Of a stretch of 64,000 nt of DNA, positions 50,548 through 59,564 are shown piece after piece. How positions within the stretch are numbered: the first letter of the stretch is position 1; the number at the start of each line of letters is the position of its first letter. A program made the position numbers and the translations under genes. A model generated the notes under the pieces. That model ran no database searches. It was not told the DNA's origin and saw only the letters and a program-made list of their open reading frames with translations. Source of the stretch: Candidatus Hermodarchaeota archaeon (lineage in GTDB: Archaea > Asgardarchaeota > Lokiarchaeia > Sigyniarchaeales > SOKP01); contig JBHLLG010000001.1 of assembly GCA_048885925.1 (NCBI GenBank), positions 67,105 through 131,104 of the forward strand. Reading direction: 5' to 3'.

Positions 50548-51495
50548 TTAATCACGATTAATTGGAGGTAATTCACATCCTTTAATTAATGAAACAAATA
50601 TTTTATTATATGGTGTTGGAATCCCCTCGATTTTCCCATATTCTACAATTTTTCCATTGAGAAATCCTATTTCTGAAGGATTTCCAGCATTAATATCTGC
50701 TTCCATTGAAACTCTATGGTGTCCTGCTTTATCCAAATAATTCATACATTTATCTAAAAAGTCCGGTTCGAACTTAAGACCTCGAGCTCGAGCAACTTCT
50801 ATTCCCTCACGTAGTATTTCTCTGCAAATTTCTCTCGTTTCTGGAAATTCCATTGTTTGTTTCATAGTTGTACGGGTAGTAACACAGACAGGACTTATAG
50901 TGTTAAGTATACATTTTGTCCATTCATACTTTTTGATATCCTGAGTAAAAATAGTTTCTAAATCAGATGAATTTATAATATCTGCTAATTTTTTGGCTTT
51001 TTCTTCAGCGTTGGTTGTTAAGACGCCTAAATAATTGGGAGGATTGAAAAATGACATACGAATTACTCCATCCTCTATAATATTTCCCGCATAGTTAACT
51101 ACAATACGTAAAGAATTTTCTTCGCCCACAAATTCTGCAATAAGTTCCTCTGTATCAAAACCATTCTGCAGACTAATTAAAGTTGTGTTTGGCTTCGCTA
51201 TTTTTTTAAGTTGTGGTAATATTTTTTCAAGATGTGATGCTTTTACAGCGATAAATATAGTGTTTAAATTTTTATTTTCCAATTCATCTATAGAATAACA
51301 TATATTCTCATTTGGAAATTTTACATTGAAATTCTTGAGGTGGGTTAAGGTTAACCCTTTCTTTTTTATTTTATCCATGCGACTCTTATTAATATCAACA
51401 AGAACCACATTGTGTTTTGCTTTAGCAAGATGAGACGCTAAAATCCCACCAGTTGGACCAATACCAATAATGCCAATTCTAAATTCTTCACTCAT
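50548..51495 (-). CDS. panE: Ketopantoate reductase family protein
   Basis: GIGPTGG, AVK, LQNG, W.K..N, SM..D..E..NG, GIPTPYN. Confidence 0.88.
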   Translation of the reverse strand: MSEEFRIGIIGIGPTGGILASHLAKAKHNVVLVDINKSRMDKIKKKGLTLTHLKNFNVKFPNENICYSIDELENKNLNTIFIAVKASHLEKILPQLKKIAKPNTTLISLQNGFDTEELIAEFVGEENSLRIVVNYAGNIIEDGVIRMSFFNPPNYLGVLTTNAEEKAKKLADIINSSDLETIFTQDIKKYEWTKCILNTISPVCVTTRTTMKQTMEFPETREICREILREGIEVARARGLKFEPDFLDKCMNYLDKAGHHRVSMEADINAGNPSEIGFLNGKIVEYGKIEGIPTPYNKIFVSLIKGCELPPINRD

Positions 51496-51528
51496 ATTGA
51501 ATTCTCTTTAATTATTTATAAAAAGTAT

Positions 51529-52017
51529 TTAAATTGATACCTCTAATAGTTTTTTCATTAATTCTGATAGTTTTTCTGCTGCAATTCGCCTTTTTTTAAG
51601 ATTAATTGTATTTGCATCAAGAAATTGAAGTGCCCCAGGAATGCAAAATTTGACACACAATGGGTCACCCTCACAAAGATCGCATTTTAAAATTTTTCTA
51701 TTCTTATCAATTCCTATTCCGCCAAGCGGACAAAACATTACACAAAGTTTACACCCTACACATAAATCTTTATCGATAAGAACTGCGCCTGTCTTCTCAT
51801 CTCTACTCACAGCACCCATAGGACATACTATCTCACAGATAGGAGTTTCACAATGTTGACAGATCATTGGTACGTATAAACCAGCGTTTTCCCATTTCAC
51901 AATATGAATTCTTGCTCGGGAAGGATTGCTAACTTTTTCATGAAAAAGAGAACATGCATTTTCACATAACCTGCAGCCTGTACATTTTTCTGGATCAACA
52001 AATAATAATTTTTGCAT
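51529..52017 (-). CDS. 4Fe-4S dicluster protein (AOR electron-transfer subunit)
   Basis: Four Cys clusters: CTGCRLC..C, CQHC..C..CP, CVGCKLC..CP, KCDLC..C..C. Confidence 0.92.
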   Translation of the reverse strand: MQKLLFVDPEKCTGCRLCENACSLFHEKVSNPSRARIHIVKWENAGLYVPMICQHCETPICEIVCPMGAVSRDEKTGAVLIDKDLCVGCKLCVMFCPLGGIGIDKNRKILKCDLCEGDPLCVKFCIPGALQFLDANTINLKKRRIAAEKLSELMKKLLEVSI

Positions 52018-52033
52018 TTGATATCTCCCGATT

Positions 52034-53923
52034 TTAAATGATATGAGTTGGTTCCTTTTTAATTCCTAGTCTTTGGAGTGTTTCTTCTTTAGGAACTCCG
52101 TTTTTATCCCAACCATGGAGGTTATAATAATCATTGAGCATTTGTTCAAATTTCTCTCTGTCGATTTTTAAACCTTTTACTCGTGGTAATCCTATAGGGG
52201 TTGGTTCTTCGAAATATCTTTCTGGTAATATATCATCTTTTCTTGAAAAACCTTCTCTTATATTAAACATTCTTTCAAGAGTGTAAATCCTTTCACCAAT
52301 ATCCATAAGTTGAGAGCTTGAAAACAGCATACCAGTAGCTAGATGGATTAATTTTGAAAATTCCTTCCATTTTGGAGCATGAACAGCTAAAAATACTGTT
52401 TGAAATTTACATGTACCAATTGAATCAGTAACTGCATACAAGAGTTCTTGCCACCATACCATACGACTCTTCCCTTCATATGATCGATAATCTGAAGACA
52501 TTTTTCCTCCGTATATTTCCTCTAAAAAATCCTCTGGGAGCCCATATAGATCAATAGCTGGGCGTCCTCTCAAATGATCTGCTCCTCTAGTTGATGTAGC
52601 AATATTTAAAGCTAAACTGGGTGTAGGACGTTCATCTGAATGTAAATTACTCATACCTTTTACTTCAATAGCATAATACCTCGACTCTTCCCCTAGTTTA
52701 GGGATAGCAATCTTGAATCCGTCAGCCAGTATATCACCGAAGCCTTCACGATAAGCAATTTTTCGAATAAGTTCATAAAGAACCTCTTCATTACCCCATT
52801 CAAGTTTAAGTCCATCTGTCACTTTTTCAGTTAGTATTCCCTTTTCATACAATTCCATTGCCCAAGCAATAAGTCCTCCAGTTTCTAATGTATCCAAACC
52901 ATATTTGTTAACTAAATGATTTGCTATAAGAATAGTCTCCATATTTTTGCAATCCACCATCGTACCAAATGCTCCTAAAGAAGTATATTCCGGTCCTTCT
53001 GCAAAAAAAGGAGCAAAAGTACCTTCTTTCAAAGTATATCGATGGCGACAACTTACTGGGCACCCATAACAACCCGACATTCCAATTGTATATTTATCCA
53101 TTTCTTCAGGTTCGATATCCCAACCTTGTTCTAATTGATTTAATTGAAAATTTTTAGTTCGAATCAATCCTGTAGTATTTGTTGTACTATATATTACAAG
53201 AGTACCCCACTTAGATGCTGCTCTAGAATATCTGTTCTTCATTACCATGTCAATCATTTCTTTACAATAAGTTAAAAGTTCCTCGGGGTAAGCAAATGTG
53301 ATATCCATAGTTCCGCGAGCTGCTATTGCTTTTAGATTCTTTGAACCCATAACGCAGCCCATACCAGTACGTCCAGCAGAATTTTTCATTCCCGTTCTTA
53401 TATTAGCAAAACGTACAAGATTTTCTCCCGCACATCCTATTACTATAGATTTGATTTCTTCGTCTCCATGATCTGAACGTATCAAATTTTGTGTTTCAAA
53501 TGTATCTTTTCCCCACAGATGCTTTGCATCTAATATTTCTATTTCTCCATCATGTATCCAAAGATAACTCGGTTTCTCCGCTTTTCCTTTAATAACTAAA
53601 TGATCAAATCCAGCCATTCTCATTTCTGGTGCAAAGAATCCTCCTATATTTGAATCACCTATAGCACCTGTTATAGGGGATTTTGCTGCAATATCACATC
53701 TTCCACTCCCCATTGCGGGGATTCCAGTAAGTAAACCTGCACCTATGAGTAATACATTTTCAGGACTCAAAGGATCAATTCCAGGTGAAAGATGATTATA
53801 GAGAAGATACATATTTATCCCTCTCCCTCCTAAAAGTTGCTCTCGAATTGATTTTGGAATTGATTTTTTTGTTACTTGCCCAATGGATAAATCAATATAA
53901 GCAATTTGTTTATTCCAAACTAT
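52034..53923 (-). CDS. aor: Tungsten aldehyde:ferredoxin oxidoreductase family protein
   Basis: KSP.TG, AGRTGMGCVMGSKNLKA, GCYGCPVSC, GPEY, GLDT, RGADH; conserved N-terminus WNKQIAYIDLS..LLGGRG lies upstream of ORF-track start 53812, beginning at ATA 53923. Confidence 0.93.
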   Translation of the reverse strand: MVWNKQIAYIDLSIGQVTKKSIPKSIREQLLGGRGINMYLLYNHLSPGIDPLSPENVLLIGAGLLTGIPAMGSGRCDIAAKSPITGAIGDSNIGGFFAPEMRMAGFDHLVIKGKAEKPSYLWIHDGEIEILDAKHLWGKDTFETQNLIRSDHGDEEIKSIVIGCAGENLVRFANIRTGMKNSAGRTGMGCVMGSKNLKAIAARGTMDITFAYPEELLTYCKEMIDMVMKNRYSRAASKWGTLVIYSTTNTTGLIRTKNFQLNQLEQGWDIEPEEMDKYTIGMSGCYGCPVSCRHRYTLKEGTFAPFFAEGPEYTSLGAFGTMVDCKNMETILIANHLVNKYGLDTLETGGLIAWAMELYEKGILTEKVTDGLKLEWGNEEVLYELIRKIAYREGFGDILADGFKIAIPKLGEESRYYAIEVKGMSNLHSDERPTPSLALNIATSTRGADHLRGRPAIDLYGLPEDFLEEIYGGKMSSDYRSYEGKSRMVWWQELLYAVTDSIGTCKFQTVFLAVHAPKWKEFSKLIHLATGMLFSSSQLMDIGERIYTLERMFNIREGFSRKDDILPERYFEEPTPIGLPRVKGLKIDREKFEQMLNDYYNLHGWDKNGVPKEETLQRLGIKKEPTHII

Positions 53924-54262
53924 TCTTATTCACCTTTATCTCTTAAAATCGTTTTGTTGCAAATCAGTGTGCTTTTCGATGAGATGGGAATATGTACCCA
54001 CATATACTTCAGAATTGAAATCAGAATTAATTTTAATATTAGAATTCACTTGTAAAATTAAAAAGTTTTTACTTTTTATTTAAGTTATCCATTAGTTTTA
54101 AATATTTCAACGAAAACTAATAAGTAATGAATTATATTAAAATAACATAAGAGAACTCATTTAACTACAATTTTACAATTAAGAAATCATTAGAATGAGT
54201 ATTTAATCCTTAAACACAACTTAATTAACAAATAATACTTTACATTTAAATGTGATTTTTAT

Positions 54263-54418
54263 ATGACTGAAGAACCTCAATGTAGGTGCATGAATTGTCT
54301 TGAACGTTTTCCAGTTCAACCAAATGCCAAAGAAGCAACTTGTCCTCACTGTAATGTTAAATATAGAATATCTTGGCCATGGCCAGGTCAACCAAAAGTT
54401 CGAGGATTAGCAAAGTAA
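54263..54418 (+). CDS. 51-aa zinc-ribbon small protein
   Basis: MTEEPQCRCMNCLERFPVQPNAKEATCPHCNVKYRISWPWPGQPKVRGLAK*; CxxC..CPxC; GTGA upstream. Confidence 0.75.
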   Translation: MTEEPQCRCMNCLERFPVQPNAKEATCPHCNVKYRISWPWPGQPKVRGLAK

Positions 54419-54425
54419 GGCTAAA

Positions 54426-55985
54426 TCATTTAAAATTCATTGATAATTCAAGTAATTCTGTAATATCATAGATTTTTAATAATTTATTAGTAAGGCCTTT
54501 AGTTCGAGAAGCAAAACGGAAATTTAGCTGGCATTGCGGGCATGCTGTTGTTAGAATGTTAACATTTGTAGGAATAAAATCCTCTTTTATTTTTGTTTGA
54601 GTTGATTCTATACTTACTTCATTATTAAATGTCCAAAGTCCACCTCCACCTCCACAACACCGAGCACAATTTCTATTTAATGGCATCTCTATCAGCTTAA
54701 GTTTGGGTATTGCTTTTAATATATTACGAGGAGGATCGTAGACATTACTATGTCTTCCAAGTGAACAGGGATCATGATAAGTAACACTTAGATCCAAAGG
54801 TTTAAGCTCAACGTTTTCACATTTTATCAACTTCTCAAAAAATTGAGTGGTATGTAATATTTTGCAGGGCATCTCAATATCTAAAATCTCAGGAAAAAGT
54901 CTTGTAAAAGTGTAATAACAACCAGAACACGGAGTTATAAGAGTCTCTGCTTTAGTTTTTTCAACTCTTTCAATAACACTTAACGCAACTTTTTTTGCTT
55001 GTTCCCATAAGCCTGCAGAAATTAAAACATAACCACAACATCCCTCTTTTTGTCCTAACATTGAAAAATCAATGTCAATATGATTTAAAATATTGACAAG
55101 AGATAGAGCTGTTTTAGGAGTCCGAGTTGCAACAGTACAACCTAACCAAAAAAGATTTTCTGCTTTTTCTGGTAATTTCAAATTAGAATAATTTTTTACC
55201 CTTGAAAGTCGACGGGTAGCAGGTATACCACTAGGATCTCCATGCCTAAAAATGTTGCTAGAAGCTGTATGAAAAATTTGTGGAACTAAATTATTTTCAG
55301 CTATTTTACACCTTATAAAAAGTATAGCTTCATGAAATTCTAAATCTTGATAGCATTGAGCAAAACAAAGACCACATTTCGTGCAATTGTATAAAATGTC
55401 AACAATCTTCTGCGTAAGATTTAAATCACCTTTCATTATACCTCTAGTTACGAGCATTCTTCCTTTCGAGGAATACGTTTCAACGCCATTAAAAGATGGA
55501 TTTACTGTGCAATAGCCACTACATGTTGTACACTTTTGACATTTATTTAAGATTTTCCCTAATAGTAAATTCTGGGCTGCTGATGCAAGGTTTCTATATG
55601 TTCCATACCCTCTTATAGGAAACATTTTTAAAGTTGTGATATAATCCTCTTTTTGATCGGTTTCACTCAAACAACTTTCGAGTCGAGGTATTTCCACATT
55701 ATCTAATAAAATTATAGGTTTAGAAGCTCCGTTTATATTTTGTTTAATTTTTTTACCTCTCTCAATTAAAATTAGGTCCTCTTTTTTGGCGAATTTTTTT
55801 AACTTATTTTCTTCAGATAAAGAGGAAGTTCTAACCACAATATCAGGTTTTACGTAATTCTGATCTAAAAATAATTTTTCAAAAGAATACACATAGAGAT
55901 CCTCTAAATCTGTTAAAATTTGGCCCTCTTCTAAAATCCGATTTATATTTTCGATAATTTCATTTTTAGAATTCATTCGTTTCAC
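54426..55985 (-). CDS. HdrD/GlcF-like Fe-S protein with a short FAD-oxidase-like N-terminal segment
   Basis: CTTCSGYC, CTKCGLC..C, EGCCG, PCSGC, YHDPCSLGR, CCGGGGG, CPQC. Confidence 0.88.
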   Translation of the reverse strand: MKRMNSKNEIIENINRILEEGQILTDLEDLYVYSFEKLFLDQNYVKPDIVVRTSSLSEENKLKKFAKKEDLILIERGKKIKQNINGASKPIILLDNVEIPRLESCLSETDQKEDYITTLKMFPIRGYGTYRNLASAAQNLLLGKILNKCQKCTTCSGYCTVNPSFNGVETYSSKGRMLVTRGIMKGDLNLTQKIVDILYNCTKCGLCFAQCYQDLEFHEAILFIRCKIAENNLVPQIFHTASSNIFRHGDPSGIPATRRLSRVKNYSNLKLPEKAENLFWLGCTVATRTPKTALSLVNILNHIDIDFSMLGQKEGCCGYVLISAGLWEQAKKVALSVIERVEKTKAETLITPCSGCYYTFTRLFPEILDIEMPCKILHTTQFFEKLIKCENVELKPLDLSVTYHDPCSLGRHSNVYDPPRNILKAIPKLKLIEMPLNRNCARCCGGGGGLWTFNNEVSIESTQTKIKEDFIPTNVNILTTACPQCQLNFRFASRTKGLTNKLLKIYDITELLELSMNFK

Positions 55986-56106
55986 TTCAATTAAGAGGAA
56001 ATAATGCTTTACTTGAAAATATTAATTAAAAATTTTTAAACTTGTGATTAATCTTTATAATTCTATTGAATAAAATTTTTAACACCAATAGAATATTAAA
56101 GACTTA

Positions 56107-56388
56107 ATGGCAAATGTCATATTAAAATTAATGACCATTTTTTCTACTGATGTTGGAGTATCAGAGATTCAATATTCCGGTGTTGATAAATTAGGTGATG
56201 TAATAGATCTATTTATGAATAAGTATGGAAACAAAATACGTAAAAGTTTTATAAACAAAAAAGGAAAATTAGAAAGTCATGTTGTGATTTTGGTCAATGG
56301 GAGGAATTATTTATTTTTAGAGGAGTTAAACACAAAATTAAAAGATGGAGATCAAATAGTTATATCTCCTCCTTTAGTTGGGGGATAA
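56107..56388 (+). CDS. MoaD/ThiS/SAMP ubiquitin-like sulfur carrier
   Basis: ILVNG..LKDGD..SPPLVGG C-terminal GG. Confidence 0.9.
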   Translation: MANVILKLMTIFSTDVGVSEIQYSGVDKLGDVIDLFMNKYGNKIRKSFINKKGKLESHVVILVNGRNYLFLEELNTKLKDGDQIVISPPLVGG

Positions 56389-56418
56389 TATCTAATAAAG
56401 AAATCCCAAAACGTTTAA

Positions 56419-56889
56419 TTATAGAATCAGCAAATTTACCCAATCTGCCACGAGAGCTGGTTTTGTCTGGCCCTTAATTTCGATCGTATGATGTGAAGTA
56501 AATTTCATACCTTGTTTTACTAATTCAACTTTTGAGATATATGACACATCTCGAATATACGCTCCAACAGGAACAGCGGATATAAATCTAATTTTATCAA
56601 ATCCATAATTAAGAATTGCTTTCGCATCTGTAACGTAAAATTGCATTGAATCTCTTTGACCATCTTGTAAAGTAAAGAAACCTAACATAGACAAAACAAA
56701 GAATCCATGAGCCACAGTTTCCCCGTAAATTGACTTTTTTGCTTTTTCAGGATTTATATGAATATATTGATGATCTTTAGTGAGATCAGCAAACTTATTT
56801 ATTTCTTCCTGAGTTACTTGGTACCAACTTGTAACAAACTCTTTTCCAATATAATTTTTTATCTCAATGGCTTTTATCTGATTTACCAT
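56419..56889 (-). CDS. MaoC-like dehydratase
   Basis: FADLTKDHQYIH, TVAHGF, NYGFDKIRF..V. Confidence 0.9.
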   Translation of the reverse strand: MVNQIKAIEIKNYIGKEFVTSWYQVTQEEINKFADLTKDHQYIHINPEKAKKSIYGETVAHGFFVLSMLGFFTLQDGQRDSMQFYVTDAKAILNYGFDKIRFISAVPVGAYIRDVSYISKVELVKQGMKFTSHHTIEIKGQTKPALVADWVNLLIL

Positions 56890-57022
56890 GATTTTTCTCT
56901 CAATATAAGATATTTTTTATTCATTTGCTTTTTTATTCTAAACTCAAGTTTCAAAATCTTTTATTAACAATTCTTTAAAAATTATTCTTAACAAATTTGA
57001 GATTTGTTTTTGATAGCGCAAA

Positions 57023-58249
57023 TTAACCTTCTTCAAGTTGTTCTATAAAAGCCTCTATACTTGTTCTTGATTGTTCATCAGAAACACACCTTAGATCATT
57101 TAGATCTCCATTTATGATTAGATTCGGAATATTTATCTCTTTTTCAAGTCTTTGTGGCATTCCATAGCGAGAGTTTGTATTATGCGGACAAGTTTTAGCA
57201 TCATGGAAAATGATACCATCAACTTTAAAGAAATCCGTCATCCTCCGAATATATTTTTCTTTATATTCATCTGAGCGGACGATAAATAATTCAGTATAGG
57301 CTTTTGCCATGCTCCTAAAAGGATCATTTTCACTAAAAGCTGAAAATATCCAACTATTGCAGTAAGTTGAAGCAACTACGCATGTTTTAAGACTAGCAAA
57401 CAATTCAGAATAGTGTTTTAATCTTCCCCAAATTGGCATTCCTTCCCAATAAAGCCTAAAACGTTCGTCTTCAACAGCTCCAACGTTGCTTTCTATTCTT
57501 TGTTGAAGTTCTGCTAATAAAATATTGTAATAATCTACCGCCTGTTGAGTTCCTCTCATAACGACAGCAGGAGCCATATGAATAGTTCCATCAAAGAATG
57601 TAAATGGCGAAGGTATAGTAGCTGCAGTGTCTAAAACTTTTTTCCAAAGCTCCGAACATTCACGAGAAAGTGATACAACTTCTCTTAGTTTATTAAGGTC
57701 AAATTTAATTGTTGAAAATGGTTCCAATTGTTGAACCAGCTGTTCCATCTGCTGTGATATAAACATCATATGTCCATCTGTAATTTCACCTATAGTTCTT
57801 GGTGTAGAAATACCCATAAGTGGTACTTTAAATTCATTAGCAAACCAGTTAAACCAATCTTGAACCTCTCGACATTGGTTTGTGTTGAAAACTAATACAT
57901 CTGGTTTTGGGATGCTTTTAATATCTGGATATACTTTAGATAATGGAGTTAATTGTTTTAAATAAGCACCTATGTCAGCAGTAAGATAAGAACAGATTTC
58001 AGGTGAATATCCTATTGCATTAGCATAAGGAATTAAATCTGTAGCCATTCTAGAGGCACCTAACATCGCACTATGGTTCTCTGGGAAATAAACTTTAAAA
58101 TCTAGACTTCTTAATATTTCTGCTGGACCAACACTGGAACACCAAGCAACCTTCTTATTATCACTTTTAGAAGCTTGATCTAATTCATGATAATAATCAG
58201 ACATTATTTGTCCTAATTGTTTCGCAGCCTTTATTTCCTTTCTAAGCAT
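57023..58249 (-). CDS. 2-hydroxyacyl-CoA dehydratase / benzoyl-CoA reductase family subunit
   Basis: FPENH, EICSY, NQC, RLYWEGMP.W, KTC, GDLND.R, IEAFIE. Confidence 0.88.
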   Translation of the reverse strand: MLRKEIKAAKQLGQIMSDYYHELDQASKSDNKKVAWCSSVGPAEILRSLDFKVYFPENHSAMLGASRMATDLIPYANAIGYSPEICSYLTADIGAYLKQLTPLSKVYPDIKSIPKPDVLVFNTNQCREVQDWFNWFANEFKVPLMGISTPRTIGEITDGHMMFISQQMEQLVQQLEPFSTIKFDLNKLREVVSLSRECSELWKKVLDTAATIPSPFTFFDGTIHMAPAVVMRGTQQAVDYYNILLAELQQRIESNVGAVEDERFRLYWEGMPIWGRLKHYSELFASLKTCVVASTYCNSWIFSAFSENDPFRSMAKAYTELFIVRSDEYKEKYIRRMTDFFKVDGIIFHDAKTCPHNTNSRYGMPQRLEKEINIPNLIINGDLNDLRCVSDEQSRTSIEAFIEQLEEG

Positions 58250-58308
58250 TCAAGAAACCTAATATTTAATTTAAATAAATGCGAAAAAAATAAATTTAAG
58301 ATTATACT

Positions 58309-59517
58309 TTAATCTACTTTTACTTCTAAAATTAGGGCCGCACCAGTATCACCAGCAGCACAACCATCTGCGAGACCGTATCCTCCGCCTTTCTCCACAA
58401 GTTCTTCAATCAATTCTATTATAATTCTCAACATTGTAGGTGCTTGAGGATGACCGAATATTAGGGAGCTTCCATAATTATTCATATTCTTCCAATCAAC
58501 ATCCATCTCTCTAGAGAAATATATGTCGTTGACTGCAAAAGGATTATGTGTTTTAATTACAGATATATCAGCTATGGAAATCCCCGCATTTTCTAATGCT
58601 TTCTTTGCAGCAGGAACTATCGCCATAGCCATATAGCCTTTTTTTGTTTTGTGATCTCCGTATGAAACAACTCTAATTTCAACATTTTCTCTCTTCCTTA
58701 ATTTTTCTGCTTTTTCTTTTGTAGTTACAATGATGCCACAATTACCATCTGCTGGATGGGTTTGAGTTCCAAAAGTTATTGTACCATTTGGGAGTACCGG
58801 CTGAAGTTTAGTAAGTCCTTCCATGGTAGTAGGGTAAATACCTTCATCTCCTTTTACAGTAGCTAAAACCTTTCTACCAGATCGATCTTTTACCTCAATT
58901 GGTAATATCATATACTTTTTTTGGAATGCTTGATCATCTTTCAATGAATCTTGATATTGATTATAACGAAATAGAGTGAGCTTATCTTGTTCTTCTTTGG
59001 TAATTCCGACTTCTTTAGCAACATTCTCACCTGTTTCGATCATCGCATTTTTAGCATAAGGATCATAACCAAAATTATCCCATACCCAATTTTCTGAATC
59101 TAAAGTGCTCCCAGGTGCTTGAGGATTGGGATATGCCAGATGAGGTCCATTGGAACATCGGTCTGCACACACTACAAGAACATTATGATTAATTCCTGTC
59201 TCTATATGTTGAGCTGCTATTGAGACAGAATTGGTTCCAGTAGCACATGCTTGACTGATAATTGGTCCCGTAGTTACTTCTGCTCCAATCATACTTGCTA
59301 ACCATGGCCCTCCATAAAAACAATTAAGTTGTGGGATTGTTAAACCAAATATAAGTTGATCGAATTCTTTAGAAGAAATCTTTCTTTCATTTAAAAATCG
59401 AGTAGTAATTTCTGCCGCAAACTTTATAGCATGGAGATTTTGAAAACTCATTTGCCATCTTGAAAAAGGTGTACTCCAATACTGTCCATAAGGAATATAA
59501 GCTTTTTTAAAAGACAT
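58309..59517 (-). CDS. Thiolase family protein (HNPF variant)
   Basis: SQACATG, HPADG, KTHNPFAV, GHPQ, GCAAGDTG; ATG 59517 (ORF-track start 59532). Confidence 0.88.
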   Translation of the reverse strand: MSFKKAYIPYGQYWSTPFSRWQMSFQNLHAIKFAAEITTRFLNERKISSKEFDQLIFGLTIPQLNCFYGGPWLASMIGAEVTTGPIISQACATGTNSVSIAAQHIETGINHNVLVVCADRCSNGPHLAYPNPQAPGSTLDSENWVWDNFGYDPYAKNAMIETGENVAKEVGITKEEQDKLTLFRYNQYQDSLKDDQAFQKKYMILPIEVKDRSGRKVLATVKGDEGIYPTTMEGLTKLQPVLPNGTITFGTQTHPADGNCGIIVTTKEKAEKLRKRENVEIRVVSYGDHKTKKGYMAMAIVPAAKKALENAGISIADISVIKTHNPFAVNDIYFSREMDVDWKNMNNYGSSLIFGHPQAPTMLRIIIELIEELVEKGGGYGLADGCAAGDTGAALILEVKVD

Positions 59518-59564
59518 TTTTCTAATAACCAAATTTATTATTTAATTAATATTTTGAAACTTTC

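Noticed and set aside
53924-53935. In-frame TGA just upstream of the AOR N-terminus as possible selenocysteine codon
   Set aside because: The TGA is part of the GGTGA Shine-Dalgarno and does not align to a Cys position; no internal in-frame TGA was found in any redox gene here
53940-54060. Possible Moco/tungsten-cofactor riboswitch in the aor leader
   Set aside because: Only short alternative hairpins (TGGG..CCCA, TATGT..ACATA); I could not match the Moco RNA consensus
56107-56388. Ubiquitin-like protein as a eukaryote-type ubiquitin system
   Set aside because: Sequence is MoaD/SAMP-type, lies near a tungsten AOR, and no E1/E2/RING genes are adjacent
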